A stretch of DNA of 64,000 nucleotides from Candidatus Cloacimonadales bacterium (GTDB lineage: Bacteria; Cloacimonadota; Cloacimonadia; Cloacimonadales; DAONDQ01), in the NCBI GenBank assembly GCA_963662275.1, contig OY759316.1, forward strand, positions 3,776,001-3,840,000. Reading direction: 5' to 3'. The notes below the pieces were generated by a model that saw only the letters and a list, made by a program, of their open reading frames with translations, ran no database searches and was not told the origin of the DNA. Of this stretch, positions 12,484 to 21,978 are shown piece by piece. The position numbers were made by a program, and so were the translations under genes. How positions within the stretch are numbered: position 1 is the stretch's first letter; each line of letters begins with the position of its first letter.

Positions 12484-13297
12484 ATGGTTAAACCAGGCTA
12501 ATATCAGATTGGCAGAAGCCGGCATCGAGAATTCCAGTATTGATGCTGCCTACCTGCTTTCATATGTGACAAAGATACCGCATTTGCAATTGACATTGCA
12601 GACAAATCAAATTCTCACAAATGCTCAAAAAAACAAATTAGAATTGATTTTAGAGAGAAGAATCAACAGAGAACCACTCCAATATATTATGAAATCTGTG
12701 GACTTTCATAGTCTTTCTCTCCATATTAATAGAAATGTATTGATACCACGACCGGAAACAGAATTTTTAGTAGATTTGATCATTCGTGAAAACATCAATC
12801 CTACTTCAATTCTTGATATTGGGACAGGTTCCGGGGCGATTGCTCTGGCTCTGAAACATGCATTCCCGGATGCTAACGTTATTGGCTCAGACATATCCCT
12901 TTCTGCCTTGCGTATGGCTATTGCTAATGCAAGACGGCTGAAGATTCATGTTAAATTCAAGAAGTCTGATATCTTTTCCAGCATAACAGGAAGATTCGAT
13001 ATCATCGTATCCAATCCACCATATCTAACCTCTGAGGAATTTTTGGAAACAGCCCCTGAAGTAAAGTGCTTTGAACCGAAGATAGCTTTAGAAGCTGCGA
13101 ATAACGGTTTAGAGATATATCAAAGAATTCTGCAAAAGGCACAGGAACATTTGAATCCAAAGGGGATGATATACTTTGAAATTGGTTATCAACAGGCAAA
13201 GTCAATTTCTTTTCTTGCCCAAAAATACGGTTTCACGCATATGGATAAAAGAAGAGATTTGAACGGATTTGACCGATATTTTATCATAAGGATGTAA
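12452..13297 (+). CDS. prmC: Release factor glutamine N5-methyltransferase
   Basis: EPLQYI, VLIPRPETE, LDIGTGSG, NPPY; start codon uncertain. Confidence 0.93.
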   Translation: MPTWNYLRLGEWLNQANIRLAEAGIENSSIDAAYLLSYVTKIPHLQLTLQTNQILTNAQKNKLELILERRINREPLQYIMKSVDFHSLSLHINRNVLIPRPETEFLVDLIIRENINPTSILDIGTGSGAIALALKHAFPDANVIGSDISLSALRMAIANARRLKIHVKFKKSDIFSSITGRFDIIVSNPPYLTSEEFLETAPEVKCFEPKIALEAANNGLEIYQRILQKAQEHLNPKGMIYFEIGYQQAKSISFLAQKYGFTHMDKRRDLNGFDRYFIIRM

Positions 13298-13298
13298 T

Positions 13299-14552
13299 AT
13301 GGATAAATTTATCATTGAAGGTGGACACCAACTACATGGTGCAGTACCTGTGAGTGGAGCTAAAAATGCCATTCTCCCGATTATGGCAGCAGCTTTATTG
13401 GCAAAAGGAAAATCGACTTTAACAAATGTACCGAATCTCATAGATTTAAAAACAATGGCACATCTCCTCCGTATCATTGGTGCGCGTGTTGATTATGAAG
13501 ATTTTACTATGGTGATTGATGGTTCTGATGTATGTTATAGCGAAGCGCCTTATGAATTAGTCAGTAAAATGCGTGCGTCAATCTATGTCTTGGGTCCATT
13601 ACTAGCCAGACTTGGTGAAGCTAGAGTATCCTTTCCTGGCGGGTGTGCGATCGGAACTCGACCTGTTGATCTTCATCTCAAAGCGATGGAAGCATTGGGA
13701 GCGCATATCGATATTGAACATGGATATATCATCGCTCAAGCAAAGAAGCTCAGAGGCGGACAAATCAATTTCGAAATCTCCAGCGTTGGTGCTACTATTA
13801 ATGCTTTGATGGCTGCAGTACTGGCGAAGGGAACGACAGAGATATTCAATGCTGCGGTTGAACCTGAAGTAACTAGTACAATTCAATTTCTGCAATTGAT
13901 GGGTGCAAAGATCGTCGGTCTGGAAACAACACATTTAATTATTGAAGGTGTTGATGAACTTTCTCCGGCTACAATGGAAATGATTCCTGATCGAATTGAA
14001 GCTGGGACTTTCCTCATTGCTGGTGCGATTACAAAAAGTGAACTGACAGTAATGAACTGCTTTCCTGGGCATCTTGAATCTTTAATTGCTAAAATGAAGG
14101 AAGCAGGTATCGACTTCAAGATAGGAAACAGGGATATTACAGTCTATCCTTCTGCTAAAATTAAAGCTGTTGATTTAACAACCTATCCCTATCCAGGATT
14201 TCCAACTGACCTGCAAGCTCAGTTTCTTGCAATGATGACCTTTGCGGATGGCGTAAGCCATATTGAGGATACAATATTCCCTGATCGTTTCATGCATGTG
14301 GCTGAGTTAAATCGACTTCAGGCAAAAATTAGACAGGAAGGCAATCTTGCCGTTATTGAAGGGGTAGATCACTTAAGCGGCGCTGAAGTTATGGCTACTG
14401 ATTTACGTGCGAGTGCTGCTCTCGTTTTAGCTGGATTAGCTGCAGAAGGAAAAACAACGGTATCCAGGATCTATCATATCGATCGTGGTTATGATAAAAT
14501 TGAGGAAAAACTGAATCTTGTAGGTGCCAATATTAAACGTATTATCACTTAA
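13299..14552 (+). CDS. murA: UDP-N-acetylglucosamine 1-carboxyvinyltransferase
   Basis: SGAKNA, PGGCAIGTRPVDLH, GFPTDLQ, HIDRGY. Confidence 0.98.
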   Translation: MDKFIIEGGHQLHGAVPVSGAKNAILPIMAAALLAKGKSTLTNVPNLIDLKTMAHLLRIIGARVDYEDFTMVIDGSDVCYSEAPYELVSKMRASIYVLGPLLARLGEARVSFPGGCAIGTRPVDLHLKAMEALGAHIDIEHGYIIAQAKKLRGGQINFEISSVGATINALMAAVLAKGTTEIFNAAVEPEVTSTIQFLQLMGAKIVGLETTHLIIEGVDELSPATMEMIPDRIEAGTFLIAGAITKSELTVMNCFPGHLESLIAKMKEAGIDFKIGNRDITVYPSAKIKAVDLTTYPYPGFPTDLQAQFLAMMTFADGVSHIEDTIFPDRFMHVAELNRLQAKIRQEGNLAVIEGVDHLSGAEVMATDLRASAALVLAGLAAEGKTTVSRIYHIDRGYDKIEEKLNLVGANIKRIIT

Positions 14553-14571
14553 TATCTACCAGGATAATAAG

Positions 14572-15555
14572 ATGAAAAACGCAAATTTGGTAAATGATGT
14601 AATTCTTGTTACTGGAGGTGCAGGATTTATTGGTTCCTTTCTTTGTGAAAAACTTCTTTTACAAGGCAATCAAGTGATATGCCTGGATAATTTCAATGAT
14701 TATTATGCTCCTTCAATGAAATGGGAAAATTTAGCTTCTATTGTTAACAACCCTCTATTTCACCTGATCGAGGGAGATATCCGAGACAAAGATTGTCTTA
14801 CCAATTTATTCAATCTCTACTCTCCACATTTAGTCATTCATTTGGCAGCTATGGCAGGAGTACGTCCTTCACTTGAAAACCAGGGCTTATACTATGATGT
14901 CAATATAAACGGTTCGTATCAACTACTTGAAATGTGCAAATTGTATGGTGTGAAGCATTTCATTTTTGCTTCCTCATCATCAGTTTACGGGAATAATAAA
15001 AAAGTACCTTTTTCAGAATCTGACCCGGTTGACAACCCTATATCACCTTATGCTTATTCTAAGAAAGCAGGTGAACTGCTCTGTCATCTTTATTATCATT
15101 TGTATGGGATGTCTATTGTCTGTTTACGTTTTTTTACTGTGTATGGTCCAAGGCAGAGACCTGATCTCGCAATTCGCAAGTTTGTTGAAAGTATTACAAA
15201 CAGGATTCCGATTACTGTTTATGGAGATGGTTCTGCAAGAAGAGATTTCACTTATATTGATGATATCATTGCTGGGATTGTAAGCAGTATTGATTATGTG
15301 CAAACGCAAAAATGCTATGAGATTTTCAACTTAGGTGAAGCAACCCCGATTTCCGTATCCGATATGATATCCGTACTTGAGGAATTAATGAATATGAAAG
15401 CTGAACACATACCGCTACCGATGCAGCCGGGAGATGTTGATATCACTTATGCAGATATCGGGAAGAGTAGAAGATTATTAGGTTATAAACCATCAACAGA
15501 TTTTAAAACAGGTTTATCTAAATTTATTGAATGGTACAAACAGCAACTTACGTAG
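14572..15555 (+). CDS. NAD-dependent epimerase/dehydratase (UDP-glucuronate 4-epimerase-like)
   Basis: TGGAGFIG, AAMAGVR, ASSSSVYG, YxxxK, RFFTVYGP. Confidence 0.9.
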   Translation: MKNANLVNDVILVTGGAGFIGSFLCEKLLLQGNQVICLDNFNDYYAPSMKWENLASIVNNPLFHLIEGDIRDKDCLTNLFNLYSPHLVIHLAAMAGVRPSLENQGLYYDVNINGSYQLLEMCKLYGVKHFIFASSSSVYGNNKKVPFSESDPVDNPISPYAYSKKAGELLCHLYYHLYGMSIVCLRFFTVYGPRQRPDLAIRKFVESITNRIPITVYGDGSARRDFTYIDDIIAGIVSSIDYVQTQKCYEIFNLGEATPISVSDMISVLEELMNMKAEHIPLPMQPGDVDITYADIGKSRRLLGYKPSTDFKTGLSKFIEWYKQQLT

Positions 15556-15581
15556 AGACGACCAATTGGGACGTCTCTTAC
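15552..15581. repeat. GTAG-type REP-like palindrome overlapping the epimerase stop codon
   Basis: GTAGAGACG-ACCAATTGGGA-CGTCTCTTAC imperfect inverted repeat. Confidence 0.6.
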
Positions 15582-15617
15582 TTATCAATAAATTCGGATG
15601 TCTCAAACGCTGATAAG

Positions 15618-15643
15618 AAAAAAGCTCCCAACAGGGAGCTTTT
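15618..15643. terminator. Bidirectional intrinsic terminator
   Basis: AAAAGCTCCC-AACA-GGGAGCTTTT between convergent genes. Confidence 0.75.
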
Positions 15644-15646
15644 CAA

Positions 15647-15967
15647 TTATAGATACGGATTAATTTTTGAGAGTATCTTATCCTTCTTCGGAGTTCCAGG
15701 TATTTGTTCTGCTACTTTTCCCTGGTGGAAAATCAACAAAGTTGGAATGGACATGATACCAAACTGCGTTGCTAAAAGTGGGCTTTCATCAATATTAATC
15801 TTAACGACTTTGATCTTGCCTGACATTTCATCAGCAATCCCTTCAATCGTTGGCATGAGAGCTTTGCATGGAGCACACCAGGGAGCCCAAAAATCAACCA
15901 ACACTGCTATTGTTGAATGAATTACTTCCTTATCAAATGTGCTTTCATTCACCTGAAGCGTCGCCAT
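15647..15967 (-). CDS. trxA: Thioredoxin
   Basis: DFWAPWCAPC, SIPTL; 106 aa. Confidence 0.93.
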   Translation of the reverse strand: MATLQVNESTFDKEVIHSTIAVLVDFWAPWCAPCKALMPTIEGIADEMSGKIKVVKINIDESPLLATQFGIMSIPTLLIFHQGKVAEQIPGTPKKDKILSKINPYL

Positions 15968-15970
15968 GAG

Positions 15971-16246
15971 TTAACCTTCGACGATCGCCAGAACATCACT
16001 TTGGGAAAGAATGATATATTTAGATCCTTCTAATTCTACTTCCGTACCTGCATATTTTCCGAAGAGAACCTTATCACCGACTTTCACAAGTTTTTGTAAA
16101 TCTTCATTATTGCCAACTGCAATGACTTCTGCAATCTGTGGTTTTTCTTTCACCGTGTCAGGGATAAATATCCCGCCAATCTGCTTTTCACCGGCTTCCG
16201 CCTTGATTTGAATCACAAGATGGTCATCAATAGGTCTGAGTCTCAT
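15971..16246 (-). CDS. groES: Co-chaperonin GroES
   Basis: LRPIDD, GGIFIPDTVKEKP, VKVGDKVLFGKYAGTEV. Confidence 0.96.
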   Translation of the reverse strand: MRLRPIDDHLVIQIKAEAGEKQIGGIFIPDTVKEKPQIAEVIAVGNNEDLQKLVKVGDKVLFGKYAGTEVELEGSKYIILSQSDVLAIVEG

Positions 16247-16297
16247 CGTGTTCCTCCTTTTGTGTATTTTATGGATAATTTAGGACGATTCCATTTA

Positions 16298-16324
16298 TTA
16301 GCAAATACAAATTTAGAGTGCTAA
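16298..16324 (-). promoter_or_regulatory. CIRCE element (HrcA operator) upstream of groES
   Basis: Minus strand TTAGCACTC-N9-ATTTGCTAA versus consensus TTAGCACTC-N9-GAGTGCTAA; TTGACG just upstream. Confidence 0.8.
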
Positions 16325-16436
16325 TTCCCGTCAAGTAAAAAATCAGCATAATATTCCTTGCCTTGTGTAAAACCTCAATTATTATGGATATGCATTGATA
16401 CAAAATCTAGCACTTAGTAGGTGGGAGTTATTTTTC

Positions 16437-17156
16437 ATGAGAAAAATGCTTTGTCTTTTCCCTGTATTTCTATGTCTCCTCGGATGTATTCAATATGAAG
16501 AAGAAATGTGGCTGAATCGGAATGGATCAGGCTACACACAAATGCATATCACGGTGAATTCAAATTACCAGAACACTGACACCATCAGTAAATATGCTAA
16601 TATTAAAGGGATCCATCTGCAAAATTTTAAAACATACAGAAATGAAGGTAACACGTATTACGATATCGAACTTAAATTCGATAATCTTCAAGCATTCAAT
16701 GCTTTAAATGACCAGGATGCGATTGCCCATTTTATTGGAAAATCAGAGATAATCAAAGAAAAACGCGGTCTTTTAAAGTTCAGGAGAGTAATTTCCTTGG
16801 GAAGCACAGAGTTGAATGATGAAGACGCAATGGCTGATCTTTTCCAAACGATTTTTACCGTGAATAGGAATTGGCGATATACTCTTCATCTTCCTTATGC
16901 AATTGTCTCTGCGAATTCTGATCCTAGTAATATTGACTATAAAAAGAATATCGTTCGCTGGAATTATGAAATTGCCTATCTGTGGAATAAAGATCAGACA
17001 ATGGAAGTAACGATGGATCGAAAGATTCCTTTCCTGCTATTCTTTGTTGGTTTACCGGCATTGATACTTTTGGTTCTGCTAGTTCTCTGGCGTGTTTCTC
17101 ACCACAAAAAGAAAAAGGCAATTCTTGAGGATACTTTATTGAAGGATAATTCATAA
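16437..17156 (+). CDS. Putative lipoprotein with C-terminal membrane anchor (LppM-like)
   Basis: Lipobox LLGC, NRNGSG motif, C-terminal TM helix and basic tail. Confidence 0.6.
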   Translation: MRKMLCLFPVFLCLLGCIQYEEEMWLNRNGSGYTQMHITVNSNYQNTDTISKYANIKGIHLQNFKTYRNEGNTYYDIELKFDNLQAFNALNDQDAIAHFIGKSEIIKEKRGLLKFRRVISLGSTELNDEDAMADLFQTIFTVNRNWRYTLHLPYAIVSANSDPSNIDYKKNIVRWNYEIAYLWNKDQTMEVTMDRKIPFLLFFVGLPALILLVLLVLWRVSHHKKKKAILEDTLLKDNS

Positions 17157-17175
17157 CTGATAACTTGGAGGTTAT

Positions 17176-17910
17176 GTGAAATCACTTAATGCAAAGCAGT
17201 TTTTTTATGTTGTCACATTGATATGTATTCTATGTCTAGTATGTCCGAGATTAGCTGCCAGAGATTATGTGACAGGTTTAAAATCTACACCGAAGTTTAC
17301 CGGTATTGAATCTGAAGATTCTTTTACTGTCAATATCCATCAAGGTAAGACCTGCGATGCAAAAGTGTATGGCAGTGAGGAAGGAATAAAAAAAGTACTT
17401 CTTCGTGTTGAGAACCAGACTCTAAAAATCAAATATATTCATCCTCCTTTCCTCGGTTTACAAAAAGATGAGATTCTTCGTGTTGAAGTTACTATGCCTG
17501 AATTAGAATCGCTTGCTCTGAGCGGATCCGGCACGATGACTGCCAAAGATAAATTTGAAAGCGCTAAATTATCCATTGCCTTGGCAGGAAGCGGAGTCAT
17601 AGAATTATCCTCTATTACGGACAATCAAATCAATATTGAACTCAGCGGTTCTGGTCAGGTTAAACTCTCAGGTTACACTTCAAAACTCGATCTCTCACTT
17701 GCCGGTTCAGGAATTTTCGATGGAGAAAAACTGAAAACTGATGATGCTGAAATTACGATTTCCGGTTCAGGAGAAGCAACTGCATTTGTAACAAAAACAT
17801 TAAATGCTACGGTCGCCGGTTCCGGTAGTATTTATTACCTGGGAAAACCCACAGTTAACAGAGTGATTACAGGTTCAGGAGATATTGCACCGTTGAAGTC
17901 AGGCAATTAA
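17176..17910 (+). CDS. Head GIN / DUF2807-like beta-helix protein
   Basis: Signal peptide; repeated LSGSG/LAGSG units; YYLGKP ending. Confidence 0.8.
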   Translation: MKSLNAKQFFYVVTLICILCLVCPRLAARDYVTGLKSTPKFTGIESEDSFTVNIHQGKTCDAKVYGSEEGIKKVLLRVENQTLKIKYIHPPFLGLQKDEILRVEVTMPELESLALSGSGTMTAKDKFESAKLSIALAGSGVIELSSITDNQINIELSGSGQVKLSGYTSKLDLSLAGSGIFDGEKLKTDDAEITISGSGEATAFVTKTLNATVAGSGSIYYLGKPTVNRVITGSGDIAPLKSGN

Positions 17911-17911
17911 G

Positions 17912-17994
17912 GAGAAGACCCCCCCTACCCCCCTTCTCAAGGGGGGATTCATCTTAATCCCCCCTTGAGAAGGGGGGTAGGGGGGTCTCTTCTC
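17912..17994. repeat. Long GC-rich inverted repeat (REP doublet / bidirectional terminator)
   Basis: CCCCCCTACCCCCCTTCTCAAGGGGGGATT-CATCTT-AATCCCCCCTTGAGAAGGGGGGTAGGGGGG between convergent genes; related half copy at about 20973-20994. Confidence 0.8.
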
Positions 17995-18032
17995 TGCTCT
18001 TTCCCTGTCCGCTGTCCGCTGTTCTCTTCAGC

Positions 18033-20885
18033 CTAATGCGCTTCCGCCCAGTTCTCCCCGGCATGAATATCCACATCCAGATGAACTAACTTCCGATATT
18101 CCAAAGGCAGGGCATTTTCCATCTCAGAGACAATGATTCGTTCTGCAGAAGCCAAATAGTCCTTTTTCACTTCAAAGACAAGTTCATCATGCACCTGCAG
18201 AATCATACGAATCCATGAATGATCTCTAATCTTCTCATGAATGCAGATCATGGCAGTTTTGATAATATCTGCTGCACTGCCCTGGAGAGGCATATTCACT
18301 GCGATTCTTTCTGCTTCGCTTTGAAACCTCTGGCTTGAGCTATTGATATTGGGTAAATAGAGTCTTCTACCTGATATCGTTTCAGAAAATAGATTACTCT
18401 TCGCAAAGAGCACTGAATTACTGATGTATTCTTTAATCGTTGGAAATTGAGCGAAATAATTCTCGATGAATTCCTTCGCTTGCTTCTGACTGATCTCCAG
18501 CGCTTTGGATAATCTCACAGCTCCCATACCATATATAATACCAAAGTTAATGGTCTTTGCCTGGCTTCTCTGTAATTTCGAAACCTCTTCCACAGGGATC
18601 CCGAATATCCTGGAAGCAGTTTCCCTATGAATATCTTCATGATTCTGGAATGCCTTAATCAGGTTGGGGTCTTTGGATAGAATTGCCAACAATCTCAATT
18701 CAATTTGGGAATAATCAGCAGATACAATCACCCATTCTGCATCCGGTGCGCAGAATGCCTTACGGATTTCCTTCCCGATTTCTGTCCTTACAGGAATATT
18801 CTGCATATTCGGATTGGAAGATGACAGCCTCCCTGTAGATGCGACAGTCTGGTTGAAACTGGTATGGACTCTTCCCGTATTGGGGTTGATCATTTTGGGT
18901 AAAGCTTGCGTATATGTAGATTCCAGTTTGGCTAACTGCCTGTATTCAATGAGAAGTCTTGCAATCTCATGGTTAGGGGCAAGTTCTTCCAATACGGAAA
19001 TATCAGTGGAAAAGCCTGTCTTATTTTTCTTCTGTGTTGGAATTTTGAGTTCTTCGAACATCAGCTTCGTCAATTGCTGTGTGGAATTGATATTGAATGT
19101 ATAACCAGCGATCTCATAAATTCGTTTCGTGAGCTTCCCCAACTGTTCCTGGATATGCCTGGATGTTTCTGCAAGACGGGAGATATCTATATGTACACCG
19201 TTTTTCTCCATCTGCATAAGTACCTTTAATAATGGCATTTCCATCTTTTCAAAAACGTCATAAACACATGTATCTTTCAATCTTTTCAGATAAATATCAT
19301 ACAATCGCCAAGTCACATACGCATCTTCTCCCGAATAAAAGGCAGCCTGGTCAACTGGTACCATATCGAAGGTGGTTTGTGTCTTCCCCGAACCTATCAA
19401 TTCTTTGATAGGCTGCATGTGGTAACTGAATTCCCGTTCTGAACAATTATCAAGGCTATAGCTATTCGTTCCAGGATCTAGAATGTAAGCAGCAAGCATG
19501 GTATCGAATAGAGGATTATCCAGTCTCCATTGCCTGTTTTCGAGGATAAGCAGATCATATTTCAAGTTATGACCAATCACCATTTTACCACGCATGGCAT
19601 CCTGCAATCCGGTCTGGACTTTCGGGAAAGGAAGATTTTCATACATGAAATGACCGATAGGAAGATAATAAGCGTTATGTGGGTTAAAACACAAGGATAT
19701 CCCAACTAGCTCAGCCATTAACGGGTCAATGGAAGTCGTCTCCGTATCGAGACTCAGATACGATGCCTGCCTCAATCCTGCCAGCATGGTTTGAAACTCC
19801 TCCATATTCTTAATCAGATGCGGTTCGAACTTTATTGTAGTAACCACTTCAGCGGGTAAATTCGTAGCTCCGGTTTTAGCCGGTTCTTCTGTTAGACTGT
19901 CCGTAGCTCCGGGTTTAGCCGGTTGTGTTCCATCTCCTTCAGGAGGTAAATCAAACAAATCCCCCTGCTCCTCAGTACTGTCAACTTCCGTAGCAGCAAC
20001 TTCAGCGGGTATTTCCTTAAACCCATACTTCTTCTCTACTCTATTACGAATTGTATTCAGTTCATATTCCCTGAAAAAGGACAGCGCATTTTGCAGATAA
20101 TCCGGATGGAAGGTAAAAGTCTCTGTATCGGGCAATGTAACAGGCAAATCAGTAACGATGGTTGCCAGTACACGGGAAAGAAAGGCATTTTCCTTATCAT
20201 CAATCAGCTTTTGCTGTGCTGAACCTGTAACTTCATCAATATGCTCATATATTCCATCTAACGTCTGATATTTTTGAAGAAGTGCGGATGCACCCTTGGG
20301 ACCTAGCCCTTTCACACCAGGAATGTTATCCGATGTATCACCGCAGATAGCCAAATAATCAATGAACTGCTCCGGTTTCACACCATACTTCTCTTCAATT
20401 TGATCACTTTCAATAAAAGTTTCCTTGAAAGGATCATAAAGCCTGATAGATGGCTCCACGATCTGGGCAAAGTCCTTATCACCGGAGATAACCACAATAT
20501 CGTATTCATCTTTGTACTTTTTAGCTAGAGAAGAAATCACATCATCCGCTTCATAGCCTTCCCGATCCAATTCAGGTACTTGGATCAGTGAAAAGAACTT
20601 CTTCACCGGCTCAATCTGAGCAATGAGTTCAACAGGCATGGGTGGACGGTTTGCCTTGTATTTCTCTGCCAGTTCATGACGGAACGTAGGACCTTTCCGG
20701 TCAAAAGAAATGGCAAGATAACGGACAGGATAGTTTTCTATCAGTTTCAGGAAAGTGCTGATCGTTCCAACTAATGCACCTGTATTCATACCTTTGCTGT
20801 TGATCAGCGGATTTTTGATAAAAGCAAAATATGCACGATAAAGAAGTGCATTACCATCGATCAGATATAAGGTTTCCTTTGCCAT
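18033..20885 (-). CDS. polA: DNA polymerase I
   Basis: LIDG 5'-3' exonuclease, DTETT proofreading motif, DYSQIELR, KTINFGIIYG, QVHDEL. Confidence 0.99.
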   Translation of the reverse strand: MAKETLYLIDGNALLYRAYFAFIKNPLINSKGMNTGALVGTISTFLKLIENYPVRYLAISFDRKGPTFRHELAEKYKANRPPMPVELIAQIEPVKKFFSLIQVPELDREGYEADDVISSLAKKYKDEYDIVVISGDKDFAQIVEPSIRLYDPFKETFIESDQIEEKYGVKPEQFIDYLAICGDTSDNIPGVKGLGPKGASALLQKYQTLDGIYEHIDEVTGSAQQKLIDDKENAFLSRVLATIVTDLPVTLPDTETFTFHPDYLQNALSFFREYELNTIRNRVEKKYGFKEIPAEVAATEVDSTEEQGDLFDLPPEGDGTQPAKPGATDSLTEEPAKTGATNLPAEVVTTIKFEPHLIKNMEEFQTMLAGLRQASYLSLDTETTSIDPLMAELVGISLCFNPHNAYYLPIGHFMYENLPFPKVQTGLQDAMRGKMVIGHNLKYDLLILENRQWRLDNPLFDTMLAAYILDPGTNSYSLDNCSEREFSYHMQPIKELIGSGKTQTTFDMVPVDQAAFYSGEDAYVTWRLYDIYLKRLKDTCVYDVFEKMEMPLLKVLMQMEKNGVHIDISRLAETSRHIQEQLGKLTKRIYEIAGYTFNINSTQQLTKLMFEELKIPTQKKNKTGFSTDISVLEELAPNHEIARLLIEYRQLAKLESTYTQALPKMINPNTGRVHTSFNQTVASTGRLSSSNPNMQNIPVRTEIGKEIRKAFCAPDAEWVIVSADYSQIELRLLAILSKDPNLIKAFQNHEDIHRETASRIFGIPVEEVSKLQRSQAKTINFGIIYGMGAVRLSKALEISQKQAKEFIENYFAQFPTIKEYISNSVLFAKSNLFSETISGRRLYLPNINSSSQRFQSEAERIAVNMPLQGSAADIIKTAMICIHEKIRDHSWIRMILQVHDELVFEVKKDYLASAERIIVSEMENALPLEYRKLVHLDVDIHAGENWAEAH
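19864..19924 (+). repeat. Two REP-like copies inside polA
   Basis: GTAGCTCCGGKTTTAGCCGGTT at 19864 and 19903; same sequence intergenic at 26901-26922 on the minus strand. Confidence 0.75.
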
Positions 20886-21038
20886 GAAAGGCTCCTTTGT
20901 TTGTGATTATCATATATTTATATATTTGGATTATGTGATTTATGGGCAAGAAAAAAGTGAGATGAGATTAAAACCCCCTTGCCGAGGGGGGATTTCAAAC
21001 CCAACCCCATAACAGATTACAAAGCTATTGTACGACTT

Positions 21039-21117
21039 GTGGCAACTCCTTTAGGCTGTGTGGAGGCGACAGGCGGTGGATGCTCTGCTGGAAAGCAACG
21101 TAAACGATGCTGCCACG
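21039..21117. repeat. Degenerate REP-like doublet
   Basis: GTGGCA...TGCCAC ends; internal hairpin AGCAACGT-AA-ACGATGCT. Confidence 0.4.
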
Positions 21118-21216
21118 ATTCCTCTCTTTGGATACAAGAGAAATAGTACTTTAGTGTTAGAGAGGTGAAAAAAACTTCAAAAGGTTATCAGATTATATTT
21201 GGATAGGTAGCAGAGC

Positions 21217-21261
21217 ATCAAACTCTCCCTCGATCCCTCCCTTTATCCAAAGGGAGGGAAG
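21217..21261 (+). repeat. TCCCTCCCTTT-ATCC-AAAGGGAGGGA hairpin repeat family
   Basis: Same hairpin at 60509-60534 and 60562-60587; partial copies near 53385-53416 (minus) and 55978-56000. Confidence 0.8.
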
Positions 21262-21268
21262 TTAGGTT

Positions 21269-21727
21269 TTACATTTCATGAATTAACAAGGCTGCTTCAG
21301 GGATGTCCATCAGCAAGCCAGCTTTCATTGCTTCAACGACTATTCTGACAGGATATTCATGTTCCAATATCTCTTCTCGAGTTATGCTGCTGAGATCAAC
21401 AGCAGGAATTTGTTTTTGAAGAGCAAACATCATTTTAATAAAATGAGCATAACAGGATGCGGGGATTTTTTCTGAGAGATCTATATAATGCATCATAAGT
21501 TTGGAATAGATTCTCAAGTCATTCTTATAGTCATCAGAGATGAGCCAGAATAATTTGCCCAGGTTTCTTCCTGCATTGCCAATTTTATGATTTTGTTCTG
21601 AAGCTGTATAATATGGATATTTACGGATGAGACATAAGGCTCCGTCATTGTATTTACAATAGACAAGACCTTCGGTCCTGAATTTGCCGAAAAAGCCTTT
21701 AACTGCATGTCTGAATCTTACTTTCAT
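21269..21727 (-). CDS. Uncharacterised 152-aa protein next to an 11-bp repeat array
   Basis: ATG with upstream GGAG; basic N-terminus (KGFFGK...LVYCKY...LIRKYP); no motif I can assign. Confidence 0.75.
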   Translation of the reverse strand: MKVRFRHAVKGFFGKFRTEGLVYCKYNDGALCLIRKYPYYTASEQNHKIGNAGRNLGKLFWLISDDYKNDLRIYSKLMMHYIDLSEKIPASCYAHFIKMMFALQKQIPAVDLSSITREEILEHEYPVRIVVEAMKAGLLMDIPEAALLIHEM

Positions 21728-21888
21728 TATTTCTCCGATTTTTATAAAAGAGAAGATTATTAAACCACGAACTCATCCTCTCTGAAACTGACACCTGGTA
21801 CCTGAAACCTGTCACCTTCTTCATTGTGTTTCGTGGTTATATTCTTCCTTTTTTAATTATTTAATGAGTCTTTCTTACCGAATTGATT

Positions 21889-21978
21889 ATACCTGTTTCA
21901 ATCCTGTTTCATACCTGTTTCATTCCTGTTTCATTCCTGTTTCATTCCTGTTTCGCAAAACTGATATGGAACAGGTAT
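21889..21978. repeat. 11-bp tandem array (6 direct + 2 inverted units)
   Basis: AWWCCTGTTTC x6 at 21889-21954, then degenerate AAAACTGATAT and GGAACAGGTAT inverted units. Confidence 0.9.
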
